Below, piece after piece: positions 46,553 through 57,848 of a DNA stretch of 64,000 bases (the first letter of the stretch is position 1; each line of letters begins with the position of its first letter). The stretch is from Nitrosopumilaceae archaeon (lineage in GTDB: Archaea > Thermoproteota > Nitrososphaeria > Nitrososphaerales > Nitrosopumilaceae): the NCBI GenBank assembly GCA_965214835.1, contig CBDCCK010000002.1, forward strand, positions 1,024,001 through 1,088,000, read 5' to 3'. The translations under genes were made by a program, and so were the position numbers. The notes beneath the pieces are model-generated. The model saw nothing but the letters and a program-made list of their open reading frames with translations. It did no database searches and was not told the DNA's origin.

Positions 46553-47623
46553 TTACTTTTGTGCCAGGACTGCCCCGTCAAAATCAAACAGTATCACCCG
46601 GATTGAAACCCTCCCCTCGGAGAGACTCTGCATGTGCCTGTAGACATTGTCGCATATTAGCTGGAAAAACCCGTCAATATTGTTCTCCTTTACTATCTCA
46701 GAGACGTGTCTGGCAGTATTGGCCTCTAGGATCTGCTTGGATACGCTCTTGCTTGCGCCGCACCGCGTGGACAAGTCCGACAGGAACCCCATGTCCACCT
46801 TGGATCCCTTTACGTGGGTCTGTTTTACTCCCGCTGCCATCTTTGCCAGCTTTCCAATGAATCCCACCACATAGGCCTGCTCCATCCCCTTTTTTGCACA
46901 CTGCTGAATCGTATATCCTGCAAAGTCGCCCATCTGTACAAAGCAGTGCTCGCTTTTATCCATGATTTTTCTTGAAAACTCCTCGCTGCGGCCGCCCGTG
47001 GTCAGCACGACAGTCCTGTCTCCTGCGGCAATGGCAACGTCAAGATTCTGGCGTATGGATGCAGCATAGGATGCCGTGGAGAACGGAACGACTATCCCGC
47101 TTGTGCCAAGAATCGAGATTCCGCCCACAATTCCCAGCCTTGGATTGTCGGTTTTTGGCGCCAGCTCCCTCCCCCTGGGCACAGAAATAACCACCCTGAT
47201 CCCGCTCCTTTCTAAGATATCGCCGCCGATCTCGTTGAGATTTTCAACAATCATTTTTTTTGGAACCGGGTTGATTGCCGCCTTGTTGATTTCCAGCCCC
47301 AGGCCCGGCTTTGTCACCGTGCCGACTCCCACGCCCCCATCTATCTCAATCCGGCCCCGGTTTTCTGTCAGCTCCAGATTCACGACGATCTCGGCGCCGT
47401 GTGTGACGTCCGGATCGTCCCCCCCGTCCTTTATTACCGAGCAGAGCGCATGTGACTCTCCAAACTCGCACCTCTCAATTTTGATGCTGATGCAGTCCCC
47501 CCTGGGAATCTTGATGTCTGCAGACCTGATGCTCTTTTGATCCCTTATTGCAAGCAGTGCGGCCTTTGAGGCTGCAGTGGCGCAGGAGCCTGTCGTAAAA
47601 CCGGTACGCAGCTTTGAGTCCAC
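46553..47623 (-). CDS. cbiD: Cobalt-precorrin-5B C1-methyltransferase
   Basis: GFTTGSCA, KDGGDDPDVTHG, NPRLGI.GGISILGT. Confidence 0.95.
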   Translation of the reverse strand: MDSKLRTGFTTGSCATAASKAALLAIRDQKSIRSADIKIPRGDCISIKIERCEFGESHALCSVIKDGGDDPDVTHGAEIVVNLELTENRGRIEIDGGVGVGTVTKPGLGLEINKAAINPVPKKMIVENLNEIGGDILERSGIRVVISVPRGRELAPKTDNPRLGIVGGISILGTSGIVVPFSTASYAASIRQNLDVAIAAGDRTVVLTTGGRSEEFSRKIMDKSEHCFVQMGDFAGYTIQQCAKKGMEQAYVVGFIGKLAKMAAGVKQTHVKGSKVDMGFLSDLSTRCGASKSVSKQILEANTARHVSEIVKENNIDGFFQLICDNVYRHMQSLSEGRVSIRVILFDFDGAVLAQK

Positions 47624-47664
47624 AAGCTGGGTATCCCGGCTGGGATTTTATCTCTTGCCACGCA

Positions 47665-47769
47665 GTACGAGACCATCCCCACCTGACCATCCATGCTAAA
47701 AAAAACCAGGCACGAACTGCATGCAGCTGTGATTTTCACGCCTGGCCAGCAGGAGGCGTGGCCTCGTAC
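47665..47769 (+). mobile_element. MITE family B
   Basis: TIR GTACGAGACCA / TGGCCTCGTAC; core GCTGTGATTTTCACGCCTGGCCAGCA. Confidence 0.8.
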
Positions 47770-47809
47770 ACGGCGTACCCTTAAAATCATAGCAGCCGCA
47801 CCTGCAGAC

Positions 47810-48655
47810 ATGCCTGACGGCCCCTCCATTGCCATTACCGGCGCCGGCGGCTTTGTCGCAACAAATCTCAGGAGGAGCCTGGGGGACTTTCAACTCTTGA
47901 GCTTTTCTAGGAGCGCACTCAGGCCGTTAAAAAACGAAAAACCCATACGTACTGACTATTCCTCCAGTGAACTGCTGGCCTCACAGCTCAAGTCCAGCGA
48001 TGTCCTGGTTCACCTGATCGGCATTGGTGAGAGCAGCAGCAGTTCTGGATTCGTTGATGTGAACATAAACCTCACATCCATGGTTGTCCGTGCTGCAAAA
48101 TCGGCCAAAGTCAAGCAGATTGTTTTTCTTAGCGGGCTGGGCGTGTCTCCAAACAATTCTGTAGATTATTTTGTCTCAAAGTTCCATGCGGAAAAAATCA
48201 TCCGCGAGTCCGGGATTGCCTATACCATCTTCCGCCCCTCCTTTATCATTGGCGAAAATGATCATCTGACGCAGCTGCTGAACCGACAGATCAGGACGGG
48301 AACCATATGCGTCCCTGACGACGGAAAATACGTCTTGGAGCCCATATCCATCCATGATGTAGTTGCCATCATCCGAGATTCGTTTATGAACGAGAAGTTC
48401 CTTGGAAAAACCATGGATCTTGTAGGGCCCACGGCCATGACCCTCATGGGTTTTGTCAAGCTGTTCTGTAAAAACAGGCGCGTAAGGATCTCCCCGGCCT
48501 CCATGGAGGACTGCATGCGGGATGCACTCACCAGTCAAAGGCCCATGTACAGCATAGATGATCTCATTCTTCTCTCCGGGAACTATTTTGGTAATTTTGA
48601 GAATCTGCGAGAGGCATACGGCAGGCCCATAAAATCAGTAGAAGACTTTCTATAG
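47810..48655 (+). CDS. NAD-dependent epimerase/dehydratase (atypical SDR)
   Basis: [22 protein letters not shown]. Confidence 0.85.
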   Translation: MPDGPSIAITGAGGFVATNLRRSLGDFQLLSFSRSALRPLKNEKPIRTDYSSSELLASQLKSSDVLVHLIGIGESSSSSGFVDVNINLTSMVVRAAKSAKVKQIVFLSGLGVSPNNSVDYFVSKFHAEKIIRESGIAYTIFRPSFIIGENDHLTQLLNRQIRTGTICVPDDGKYVLEPISIHDVVAIIRDSFMNEKFLGKTMDLVGPTAMTLMGFVKLFCKNRRVRISPASMEDCMRDALTSQRPMYSIDDLILLSGNYFGNFENLREAYGRPIKSVEDFL

Positions 48656-49816
48656 CCCGGATTGCTGCCTCAGCGTGGTGGCCATGTCGGTGGATTCCCA
48701 CCTGAATTCGGGCTCCTCCCTGCCAAAGTGTCCGTATGCTGCAGTCCTTCTATAGATTGGCCTCTTAAGGTCCAGCTGGGAGATGATTCCGGACGGCCTC
48801 AAGTCAAAGTTATCCCTTACGACTTGCTCAATTCTTTCCTCGGGAACCTTGTTTGTTCCAAATGCGTTGATCATCAGGGATACCGGCTCGGCAACGCCGA
48901 TTGCATATGCGACCTGAACCTCACACCTGTCTGCAAGTCCCGCGGCGACTATGTTCTTTGCGACATACCTGCACATGTAGGATGCGGATCTGTCGACCTT
49001 GGATGGATCCTTTCCTGAAAACGCCCCTCCGCCGTGCCTGCCAAATCCGCCATAGGTATCCACAATAATCTTCCTTCCCGTCACCCCCGCATCCCCGTGG
49101 GGACCGCCTATCTCAAACTTTCCCGTAGGGTTTACGTGGATCTTGATATCGTCATTCCACCACCTGCCACAAACCGGCCTGACTATTTTTTCAACTAGCT
49201 CCCTTGAGATCTCATCATTGGAAACATCTGGGGCGTGCTGCGTTGATATCACTATTGTCTCGATTCTTACCGGCCTGTCATCCTCATAGCGAACGGAGAC
49301 CTGTGATTTTCCATCCGGCCTGAGCCATGCAATGTCCTTTGACTTTCTCAGCTCTGCCAGCCTGGCAGTCAGCCTGTGTGAAAGCAAAATCGGCAGCGGC
49401 ATGAGCTCCTTTGTTTCATTGGTGGCATATCCGAACATCAGGCCCTGATCCCCCGCTCCCTGTTCCCTGTCCTCCGTTGCAGTCACTCCCAGGCTGATAT
49501 CCGGGCTCTGAGAATGCAGCCTCAGCTCGACGGTACATGACTTGTCATCGAACCTCAGCCCGGGGTCGTCGTATCCGATGTCCCTGATCACGCTCCTGAC
49601 TAGCTCCTCCTGGGCGGCTTTGTCAAACTGCGCCTTTGACGTCACCTCGCCTGCAACAGCTACAAAGTCCGTTGAGGTCATCGTTTCCACGGCGACCCTG
49701 GAGTCAGGATCCTGCCTCAGCAGCTCATCTAGTATCGCATCTGATATCTGATCACATACCTTGTCGGGATGTCCCTCGGTAACTGACTCTGACGTAAACA
49801 GAAATGTCCTGGACAT
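48650..49816 (-). CDS. metK: S-adenosylmethionine synthetase (bacterial/eukaryotic type)
   Basis: [25 protein letters not shown]. Confidence 0.96.
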   Translation of the reverse strand: MSRTFLFTSESVTEGHPDKVCDQISDAILDELLRQDPDSRVAVETMTSTDFVAVAGEVTSKAQFDKAAQEELVRSVIRDIGYDDPGLRFDDKSCTVELRLHSQSPDISLGVTATEDREQGAGDQGLMFGYATNETKELMPLPILLSHRLTARLAELRKSKDIAWLRPDGKSQVSVRYEDDRPVRIETIVISTQHAPDVSNDEISRELVEKIVRPVCGRWWNDDIKIHVNPTGKFEIGGPHGDAGVTGRKIIVDTYGGFGRHGGGAFSGKDPSKVDRSASYMCRYVAKNIVAAGLADRCEVQVAYAIGVAEPVSLMINAFGTNKVPEERIEQVVRDNFDLRPSGIISQLDLKRPIYRRTAAYGHFGREEPEFRWESTDMATTLRQQSGL

Positions 49817-49829
49817 AAAATCACATGAA

Positions 49830-50072
49830 CTACAGCTCGTTTTCTAGCTTGATGAAAAGTACGTTGTTTCCTCTCACTATGACCCGCCCATAGTTTGCAA
49901 CTACCCTGCTCCCCTGGAGCTCCTCGGCATCAGTCATGATTAGGTTCATGTAAGAGTCCACATTGTCCATTTTTCCCTTGTATTCGACCTCGTTCTTCAA
50001 TCGGACAGTCACCGGTTTTTTTGTGCTTTTTTGCAGCGTTGTCAGTGGCCTTTTTGGACTTGTCTGTGACAT
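49830..50072 (-). CDS. Sm/Lsm RNA-binding protein
   Basis: Sm1 (D.YMNL) and Sm2 (RGNNV) motifs. Confidence 0.93.
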   Translation of the reverse strand: MSQTSPKRPLTTLQKSTKKPVTVRLKNEVEYKGKMDNVDSYMNLIMTDAEELQGSRVVANYGRVIVRGNNVLFIKLENEL

Positions 50073-50176
50073 CTGTTAATCACTTGTGTGCTTTGCTTGC
50101 ATTCCAGAATAAAAGCCTTGCCTATTTTCATGCCTAGGGGATACTCCTTTAATTTTCCATGGTGGTTATCTTTAAC

Positions 50177-50848
50177 ATGGTTATCAGCAAAATACCCCCG
50201 GTTGACAATTTTTTCAAAAACGGAATTCCGGACGGGATTTTGATCGATATATTTGGCGCAAACGGCACTGGAAAGTCCCAGTTTGTCCTGCAGGCTGCGG
50301 TTCACACAGCTTCGGACGGCAAGCCTGTTCTGTTTCATGATACTACCGGCGCATTTAGGCCAGAAAGAATGCTTGAGATCATCAGAGCCCACAACCTGGA
50401 TCCGGCCATCCTAGACAGCATTACCGTCTCCCGCATAACCAACGTTTCAGAACAGACCAGCTCACTGTCAAAGATCAGACCGGAGTCCTTCTCATGCTTG
50501 ATCATAGATAACATATCTGATTTGTTTTCATTTGAATACTCTGATGAAGGGCGGTTCATTGAGCGAAACAAGCGCCTTCTGAGGTACATGAAGAGCCTTT
50601 CCACATTTTCCATAACCCGCAACACAACGGTCCTTTTTACCAACGTGGTGAGAAATTCCAATGACAGGCAGGTTGAAAATTTTGAAAGAACCATTGATTT
50701 ATTCACCCATGTAAAAATAAGACTTGAAAGGCAGGGAGGCAAGCACAGATGCACGTGCTTTTCTGCATTTGAGCAGAAAATCTTCGATTTTGAAATAAAC
50801 GCCTCCGGAATCTCTGTTCTCAGGCAAAACCATTCCGGAACCGATTGA
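50177..50848 (+). CDS. RadA/RadB-like RecA-family ATPase paralog
   Basis: G..GTGKSQ, DT.G.FRPER, IIDN, TN; lacks the RadA N-terminal domain. Confidence 0.82.
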   Translation: MVISKIPPVDNFFKNGIPDGILIDIFGANGTGKSQFVLQAAVHTASDGKPVLFHDTTGAFRPERMLEIIRAHNLDPAILDSITVSRITNVSEQTSSLSKIRPESFSCLIIDNISDLFSFEYSDEGRFIERNKRLLRYMKSLSTFSITRNTTVLFTNVVRNSNDRQVENFERTIDLFTHVKIRLERQGGKHRCTCFSAFEQKIFDFEINASGISVLRQNHSGTD

Positions 50849-50917
50849 ACATGGAGAGTGCTTGGCCCCTATCAGTTATTACCGTGATGCCGCCTGCTAT
50901 ATGTCTGGTGATGGCAT

Positions 50918-53668
50918 GTGGAAGAATCCAGACCAAGTCAAACACGCAGCCCCGGGATTGGGGATGTTCAAGAAAAGTTCTCCACTCTGGGATTTGACAG
51001 GCTGACCGAGATCCAGCAAAAGGCCATCCCCCTGATTCTGAACAGGAAGCACTCACTTTTGATTGCCCCTACCGGATCCGGAAAGACAGAGTCCTCCGTA
51101 ATCCCAATCTTTTCCCTGCTGCGGCAATCCAAAAAGCCCGGCAGGATCAAGGCGCTGTACATTACTCCCCTGCGCGCCCTGAACCGCGACGTCTTTAGAA
51201 GGATCACCAGGTACGCCCACAATGAAAACCTGACAATTGAAATCCGGCACGGCGATACGTCTCAAAAAATCAGGCGCAAGATCTCAGACAGTCCTCCCGA
51301 CGTCTTGATCACCACCCCTGAGACCCTCGTCATCCTCCTCACCCAGAAAAAATACCTTGACGCCCTCTCAGAAATCGAATGGGTGATTGTAGACGAGGTC
51401 CACGAGCTACTGCCAAGTGAGCGTGGGACGCAGCTGGCGCTTAGCCTGGAACGATTGCAGCGGAATTCTCAGATCCAATTCACGCGGATCGGACTGTCTG
51501 CAACAGTCGGCAATCCAAGCGATGCTGCACAATTCATTGCAGGAACAGGCCGAAGCTTTGCAATTGCCAAGGACACCTCGGTCAGAAAATACGACGTTGA
51601 CGTGCAGTACGTGGACGGCACGGTAACCGATGTTGCAGACTCTATCATAGATTATGTTGCAAGCCAAGGACTTGATTCCCCCGTCCTGCTATTTACAAAC
51701 ACGCGGGGGGAGGCAGAGTTTCTGGCATCAGTCCTCAAGGAGAAGTCCAGCATAGGCATTGAGCTGCACCACGGCTCGCTGTCAAAGGAGGTGCGTGAGG
51801 AGACCGAGGAGTCTCTCAGGAGTGGGAGTCCGGGCATAGTCGTGTGTACCTCCTCCCTTGAGCTGGGCCTAGATATCGGCTCCGTTGAGCTGGTAATCCA
51901 CTACGGCTCCCCTAGGCAGGTATCCAAACTAATTCAGAGAATAGGCAGAAGCAGGCACAACCGAAGATCATCTGCAAAGGGACTCATCATTACAAACAAT
52001 GCCGATGATGAGCTTGAGGCAAAGGCCATTCTTCGGAGGATCCAAGAGGGCACAATCGAGGAGCAAAAGATTCATTCTGGCTCACTTGACGTTCTGGCCC
52101 ATCATATGGTGGGACTCACGCTGCAGCTTGGGGAGGTCTCCGTCGAGAGGGGCTATGAGATTGCGTCGCAGTCGTTCCCGTTTAGGGATCTGCCCCTGGA
52201 GGAGTTCATCTCTGTTCTGGATCTGCTGGATTCCAGCTATCTGATCTTCTTTGATCGCAAAACAATGAGCTTTTGGAAGAAGGGCAGGACCTTTAGGTAC
52301 TACTTTGAGAACCTTTCGACCATCCCGGACATTCTAAAGTTCAGGGTCTTTGACGCGATAGGAAAAAAAACCATCGGCACCCTTGATCAGAGGTTTGTCG
52401 GAGACTATGGCGATCCTGGAAACGTCTTCGTACTCAAGGGATCCCACTGGAGAATTATCAGCGTGGACGAAAGATCCCTGATAGTAAACGTGGAGCCTGT
52501 TCGCGGCGCAGGCGTCACCGTCCCCTACTGGGAGGGCGAGAGCATACCCGTTGACTTTTCAACTGCACGCAAGGTTGGCCTGTTTCGGGCAAAGGCATCT
52601 GCGGGGGAGCTAGATGTCGCAAGCAGGGTAATCTCCGAGCTAGGGCTTCGGCCCGTTCCCGACGAGACGACGATAGTGATCGAGTCCGTCCGGACCGATG
52701 GAAGCATAGTCCTGCATTCATGCCTTGGCACTAGGATCAACTCCACGCTGGCCACCCTGCTGTCCTCGATGCTTTCTGCAGTCCTGGGCTACCAGGTGGA
52801 TGGCCGCTCTGACGCCTACAGAATCGCACTCACCTCCCGGGGACGGATCTCTGAAAAGATTCTGGGCGAGGTTCTGCATGACCAATACAACCTTGATGAG
52901 GTAGTCTCGGCGTCATTGTCTGGCACGCATAATGTGAACTGGAGAACCTGGTGCGTTGCCAAAAAGTTCGGGATCGTCAGCCGCGATTCTGTCTATGAGC
53001 GAAAGTCCGCGCGGTTTCTTTATGAGCGATATGTGAACACCCCGCTGGTCAAGGAGTCCCTCCGCGAGCTGTTTCATGACAAGTACGATCTGGACGGCAC
53101 GGGCAAGATACTAGAACAGATCAGATGCAACCAAATCAAGACGGTCTGGAATGATCTGGACGGCTTTTCAAAGCTGGCAGAGCCAATACTGGATCATACC
53201 GCAAAATATTACTCAAACCCGTCCACCGTCGATAAGGGAATCATGGACATGGTCAAGGCAAGGCTGCTGAAAACAAAGCATCGCTTGGTCTGTGTCCGGT
53301 GTGGGAGGTGGGAGCGCTCTGTCGAGACCGATGAGGTCAACTCGATCCTAGCCTGCCCCCGGTGCAAGGCGCGTCAAATCACTGCCACGTACTATTCTGA
53401 CTATGACCTACCTGGGATTGTGCGAAAAAAGCACGACGGCAAAAAACTGACTCCTGACGAGGAGCACAAGTTTGCGAGGGCATGGAAGGTCTCCTCCCTG
53501 ATTGAGAATTTTGGCAAGACTGCACTGATTGTACTTTCCGGTTACGGGGTGGGGGCTGACACTGCTGCCAGGATACTGCGCAACATGGTAGACGACGAGG
53601 TACTGTACAAGCAGATCTACGAGTCCGAAAGGCAGTATGTGATGACCAGGGGATTTTGGGATTCCTAG
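50918..53668 (+). CDS. lhr: Lhr-family SF2 helicase
   Basis: APTGSGKT, DEVH, SAT, HHGSL, QRIGRSRH, C-terminal Zn motif. Confidence 0.9.
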   Translation: MEESRPSQTRSPGIGDVQEKFSTLGFDRLTEIQQKAIPLILNRKHSLLIAPTGSGKTESSVIPIFSLLRQSKKPGRIKALYITPLRALNRDVFRRITRYAHNENLTIEIRHGDTSQKIRRKISDSPPDVLITTPETLVILLTQKKYLDALSEIEWVIVDEVHELLPSERGTQLALSLERLQRNSQIQFTRIGLSATVGNPSDAAQFIAGTGRSFAIAKDTSVRKYDVDVQYVDGTVTDVADSIIDYVASQGLDSPVLLFTNTRGEAEFLASVLKEKSSIGIELHHGSLSKEVREETEESLRSGSPGIVVCTSSLELGLDIGSVELVIHYGSPRQVSKLIQRIGRSRHNRRSSAKGLIITNNADDELEAKAILRRIQEGTIEEQKIHSGSLDVLAHHMVGLTLQLGEVSVERGYEIASQSFPFRDLPLEEFISVLDLLDSSYLIFFDRKTMSFWKKGRTFRYYFENLSTIPDILKFRVFDAIGKKTIGTLDQRFVGDYGDPGNVFVLKGSHWRIISVDERSLIVNVEPVRGAGVTVPYWEGESIPVDFSTARKVGLFRAKASAGELDVASRVISELGLRPVPDETTIVIESVRTDGSIVLHSCLGTRINSTLATLLSSMLSAVLGYQVDGRSDAYRIALTSRGRISEKILGEVLHDQYNLDEVVSASLSGTHNVNWRTWCVAKKFGIVSRDSVYERKSARFLYERYVNTPLVKESLRELFHDKYDLDGTGKILEQIRCNQIKTVWNDLDGFSKLAEPILDHTAKYYSNPSTVDKGIMDMVKARLLKTKHRLVCVRCGRWERSVETDEVNSILACPRCKARQITATYYSDYDLPGIVRKKHDGKKLTPDEEHKFARAWKVSSLIENFGKTALIVLSGYGVGADTAARILRNMVDDEVLYKQIYESERQYVMTRGFWDS

Positions 53669-55062
53669 CTTTTAGGCGTGATTTTTGAAAAACCGCTGAG
53701 GGTGAGATCAATCCTTCCCTCCATCCCCGACTTTGCATTCAGTCCTGTGATTGATACGACCTCCCCGATACTGCACTTGTCCACGAGCCTTGCCTGGTTT
53801 CTCCAGCCCTTGACCCATATCTGGCCACTGTCGTCCTCGACTAGCATTTCAGACAGGCTGACCGTCTCCCCGCTCCTGGTCTGAATGTCCCTGCGATCGG
53901 TCTTCTTGAGGATGACTGACTCTACGCACACGTTTCTTCCAACGGACACGTCTGAAATCTTGGTCCGCAGCGACTCGATTGTTGGAATGCCCGCATCCTC
54001 GTCCATCTTTCTCACAAAGGAGTCATTGTCCAGCCAGATCGAGTCTCCGTAGGCCTTTGACGGCATGCACTCTATGATGTCCCCCTCGCTGAACATCGAC
54101 GAGTTTTCAGACGAGTCCACAACATTGATGAAGCTCCCGTCCCTGTCGACCCCTAGAACCATATAGTCCCCCGACTCGCCTTTGGAGCTTGAGATTATCC
54201 TTGCCACTACTGGCCCCGGTTCCTTCTGATCATCGATCATGATTATTGTGGCGTCATTCCCGTGAATCTCTAGCCCCTGCGATCCCTGCTTTGCTCTTAC
54301 CCCGAATAATTTTACATTGGCCTTTGAGGAAATGATTTTGGGAATTGATGCCTCGTCCTTTCCCCACAGGACGACCCTGATTGAGCTGCCGTCGCTGCCC
54401 CTTAGTGACAGTTTCAGGGCCGTTCCCGGCCGGCCCCTCGAGTTTGTAAACTTCATTGGGGAGATCATTCCGTCCAGGGCCCCGGAGACGACGGCGTCGA
54501 CATCCCCCTCTTTTATGTCGCTTGAGTTCTTTGTTATAGAGTCAATCGTCGGAATATTGCTGTCGCTTTCGGTTGGCTCTACGGTGGAGCCTGATCCTAT
54601 GTTGATTGTCGGGGCCCCGTTCAGGTCGGATTTTACGTATGCCTTGATAATCTTTATCAGATCCCCGGGCTTGAGGCCCTCTATTCCCGGAAGATTTGCC
54701 TTTTCGTCCCACAGCTTTACGCTTGCCGTAGAGTCGCCGTCATATACCGTCATTGTCCTCAAAAGGAACGGAGAGCCGTCCTTTCTCGAATACTGCTTGG
54801 GCTCTGACAGGTTCAAAACCCTAGTCTCCAGCGACACCTCCTTTGCGCCTGCATAGAGATCCTTCAAGCCAATCTCCATCTTTGACGGCTCGCTCAGTGT
54901 AATTCCCAGGTCGGAGGCTATCAGAAATACCGCCCCCTGATCCGTCAGGTAGCCTGCGCCGATCTTGTCCTTCTTTTCCTGAATCATCCCCTGGATTTTT
55001 TCTCTAGTGAGATCGGGTCTTTGCTCCATTAGTTTTGACTGCAGCTCTTCTAGTGTAGACAA
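53665..55062 (-). CDS. Replication protein A / multi-OB-fold ssDNA-binding protein
   Basis: Repeated OB folds (D.TASVKLW, IRVVLW, DDSGQIWVKGW). Confidence 0.85.
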   Translation of the reverse strand: MSTLEELQSKLMEQRPDLTREKIQGMIQEKKDKIGAGYLTDQGAVFLIASDLGITLSEPSKMEIGLKDLYAGAKEVSLETRVLNLSEPKQYSRKDGSPFLLRTMTVYDGDSTASVKLWDEKANLPGIEGLKPGDLIKIIKAYVKSDLNGAPTINIGSGSTVEPTESDSNIPTIDSITKNSSDIKEGDVDAVVSGALDGMISPMKFTNSRGRPGTALKLSLRGSDGSSIRVVLWGKDEASIPKIISSKANVKLFGVRAKQGSQGLEIHGNDATIIMIDDQKEPGPVVARIISSSKGESGDYMVLGVDRDGSFINVVDSSENSSMFSEGDIIECMPSKAYGDSIWLDNDSFVRKMDEDAGIPTIESLRTKISDVSVGRNVCVESVILKKTDRRDIQTRSGETVSLSEMLVEDDSGQIWVKGWRNQARLVDKCSIGEVVSITGLNAKSGMEGRIDLTLSGFSKITPKS

Positions 55063-55122
55063 CTAGTTTGCATAATATTACTGCATTAATAAAAATTTCA
55101 TTAGCTACATTAGTGGCCTGAC

Positions 55123-56070
55123 TTGATCCCAGACATGCTGTGCATACGCGCCAAGTCGGTTTCAAAATCGTATGGCAACACGCTTGCCGTGGATGGCCTG
55201 GATCTGTCGGTTGAATCAGGACAGGTCTTTGGTTTTTTGGGGCCAAATGGCGCAGGCAAGTCCACTACCATCAAGCTGCTTACGACCCTGATCCGGCCCT
55301 CGTCGGGCTCGTTATATATACTTGGAACAGATGCGATCAAAAACCCCCTTCAGGCAAGATCGAGAATCGGCGTTGTACTGCAGCAGCCAAGCTACGAGCC
55401 AACCCTCTCGGTCGAAAAATCCCTCGACAAATACGGAATGATGTGGAACGTCCCCGCATCTGTCAGAAAAAAGCGGGTCGAGCGGCTCCTTTCTGACTTT
55501 GAGCTTGCACGAATCAGGAAAAAGAGAAACGAGGATCTCTCAATTGGCCAGCGCAGACGCGTCCAGGTGGCGCGTGAGTTCATGCATGACATGGACCTGC
55601 TCTTTCTCGACGAGCCCACCGTAGGACTCGATCCTTCCACCAGGAGAAGGCTGCTTGATTTTCTAAAAGACAGGGTAAAGTCGGGCCTGACCGTCTTTTA
55701 CACCACGCATGTGCTGACTGAGGCAGAGTATCTATGTGACAACATTGCAATAATCAATGAGGGAAGGCTGCTTACCATTGACACCCCAGAATCACTCAAG
55801 CGAGCCTATGGCCGTGAAAAAACCATCAAAATCAGAATCTCCAAGCCCCCCTCAGACATCGAGGGGATTAACAGGATTCCAAACTGCATATTTGATAAAA
55901 GACTCGGCCTGATCACAATCAACTCTGACATTTCCGAAAAAATCCTCTCAGACGTGCTTGGCATGCTGAGCAGGCAGCGGGTCGAAGTGGAGGATCTCTC
56001 CGTGGTTCCAACGAGCCTTGAGGAAATATTCCTAAGAATGGTGAATGGCAAGGATGCATCCGATAGTTAG
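55123..56070 (+). CDS. ABC transporter ATP-binding protein (DrrA-like)
   Basis: GPNGAGKST, LSIGQ, LDEPT, H-loop. Confidence 0.92.
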   Translation: MIPDMLCIRAKSVSKSYGNTLAVDGLDLSVESGQVFGFLGPNGAGKSTTIKLLTTLIRPSSGSLYILGTDAIKNPLQARSRIGVVLQQPSYEPTLSVEKSLDKYGMMWNVPASVRKKRVERLLSDFELARIRKKRNEDLSIGQRRRVQVAREFMHDMDLLFLDEPTVGLDPSTRRRLLDFLKDRVKSGLTVFYTTHVLTEAEYLCDNIAIINEGRLLTIDTPESLKRAYGREKTIKIRISKPPSDIEGINRIPNCIFDKRLGLITINSDISEKILSDVLGMLSRQRVEVEDLSVVPTSLEEIFLRMVNGKDASDS

Positions 56071-56815
56071 GCTGGTAAACCGAAACCTTACCATTTCACT
56101 GCATCCGGGATTCTTAATCTGGCAGGTCATATTCCCGCTAATCTACATCTTTGTCGCAGGATTTGCCTATGCGTCCCTGATCGGCGACATCCCCCTTGGA
56201 GGCAAGAGCCTCAACTATCCCGCATTTTTGGCTACTGGGATGATTGGGTTCAATATCATGAACAGCACGCTGGTATCCGGGATTATCATCTGGAATGATC
56301 GCAGGCATGGGATGTTCGAGCAGATCATGGCCGGACCATTCACTCGAACGCACTATATAATCAGTAATATCTGCACAATCGGAATCGTCGGTCTTGTGAG
56401 TGCCGCGCTAATAGCGCTGGTTGGATTCCCGGTTTTTGCCGACTCGATGGATTTTGAGGCCTATACCATTCCACTGGTAATCTTTGCCTCAGTCGTCGGC
56501 TCCATACTGTTTGGCTCCACGGCCTCAATAATCTCAACCCGCTTAAAGTCCAGCGAGGGGTTCAATGTGACAATCAACACCGTCTTTTTGTTCTTTGCGT
56601 TTGTCAGTGCAGCATTTTATCCCGCATCCGGCGCCCCTGAACCCCTGGCGACTGCCTTCTACCTGAACCCCCTGACCTATCTGGTCGACGTTATCCGGGC
56701 AGGCATGTTTGGGGCGATTACCGAGTTTGTAGTGATGGAGATGGCCGTGCTGATAGCGCTTGCGCTGGGACTGTTTTTGCTTGCCACCAGACTCCTGACC
56801 CGCCTGGATTTTTGA
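56045..56815 (+). CDS. ABC-2 type permease
   Basis: Six TM segments; F.S..FYP, NPLTY. Confidence 0.9.
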   Translation: MARMHPIVRLVNRNLTISLHPGFLIWQVIFPLIYIFVAGFAYASLIGDIPLGGKSLNYPAFLATGMIGFNIMNSTLVSGIIIWNDRRHGMFEQIMAGPFTRTHYIISNICTIGIVGLVSAALIALVGFPVFADSMDFEAYTIPLVIFASVVGSILFGSTASIISTRLKSSEGFNVTINTVFLFFAFVSAAFYPASGAPEPLATAFYLNPLTYLVDVIRAGMFGAITEFVVMEMAVLIALALGLFLLATRLLTRLDF

Positions 56816-56823
56816 GAGTCAGG

Positions 56824-56896
56824 TAGCCCGGCCCAGATTCGAACTGGGGTCAAGGGCTCCAAAGGCCCCTATGCTTGACCTCTACACTACCGGGCT
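56824..56896 (-). tRNA. tRNA-Gln(TTG)
   Basis: Cloverleaf AGCCCGG...CCGGGCT-A, anticodon loop CTTTGGA, TTCGAAT T-loop; no intron. Confidence 0.95.
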
Positions 56897-56934
56897 AACG
56901 GTATGGTGGGTCTTTTCTCCCTTAATGATATTTT

Positions 56935-57195
56935 CGTATGAGTAGCCTGCTGCACAGCCGTGCCTGAGCGCGTAAAAACGGCCTGATCCTCTGTGCCTAA
57001 AACCAGGGTTATGCATCCATGGTAAAACGCCCGCCAGTAACATGGCGACGTTCCTTTCGTCTTCTGATCCGTGCCTAGTCGGCCGGGCCGTGCTTTATAG
57101 CTAACGCTAGCAATACGCACGAGCCAGTCCTGTCGCACCTGCCAGGGTGCGGGCGGATCATTGGGTGGGTGGGTGGGGGATGGAAGGTGGCAATC
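56935..57195 (-). ncRNA. Structured 3' non-coding end of IS110 element; candidate bridge/seek RNA
   Basis: About 260 nt downstream of the transposase stop with nested stems (57065-71/57154-60, 57134-51, 57089-57121, 57032-47). Confidence 0.5.
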
Positions 57196-57848
57196 CTATG
57201 CCGTTCCCGCCAGTTCTGTCACCCTCTTGATCTTCTTGTCGTACAGGGCAGCATTGCGCGATGAATACGCAGTCTTTGTCGTCAGCATGTGCCAGATTAT
57301 CCTGAGCATCTTGTTTGCAACATGCGTTATCGCTATGACGTGGTTGTTGCCGTTCCTTTTGCGGACCCTCTCGTAGAACTCCCTCATCCTGTCGTCGTGC
57401 TGTACGGCGACGTTGGCTATCTGGATCATCAGCCAGTTGATCCTGCGGTTTGCATCCTTTTTCATGTGGCCGTGGTACTCGCGTTCCCCCGACTGGTACA
57501 CCCGGGGACACATGCCGGCCCAGGACACAAGCTGGTTCGGCGATGGAAACCTGGTTATGTCGCCGATCTCTGCTATCAGCAGCATTGCTGCAAAGGTGTC
57601 TATTCCCGTCATGCTCAACAGCAGCTTGGCATCCTCGTTCGATCCTGCCTGTCTTCCTATGTCCTCCCCTGCTTGGTCTATCTCCTCTGTGACGTGTACA
57701 ATCCTCCTAGTGCAGCTTGCCAGTATCCTGTCATCGTTTGGCATGTTCAGCCTGGTATCGGAGATCTTCCGTATGGCCTTCTTGGAGTACATCGTGGATG
57801 CATCTATGGCTATATCGTACTTGTCAAGCCAAGCTGTGCAGCCCGTTT
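57196..57848 (-). pseudogene. IS110-family transposase, 5'-truncated by ISH3
   Basis: GI....A..LIAEIGDITRF.SP.QLVSWAG.CP..YQSG, A.K.LRIIW.ML; DEDD domain missing. Confidence 0.9.

Noticed and set aside
47693-47809. N-terminal extension of the epimerase ORF
   Set aside because: It derives from the MITE at 47665-47769; the Rossmann motif follows the ATG at 47810.
48650-49816. Bacterial-type MetK and DnaK/GrpE in an archaeon as novel transfers
   Set aside because: To my knowledge these are established features of this lineage.
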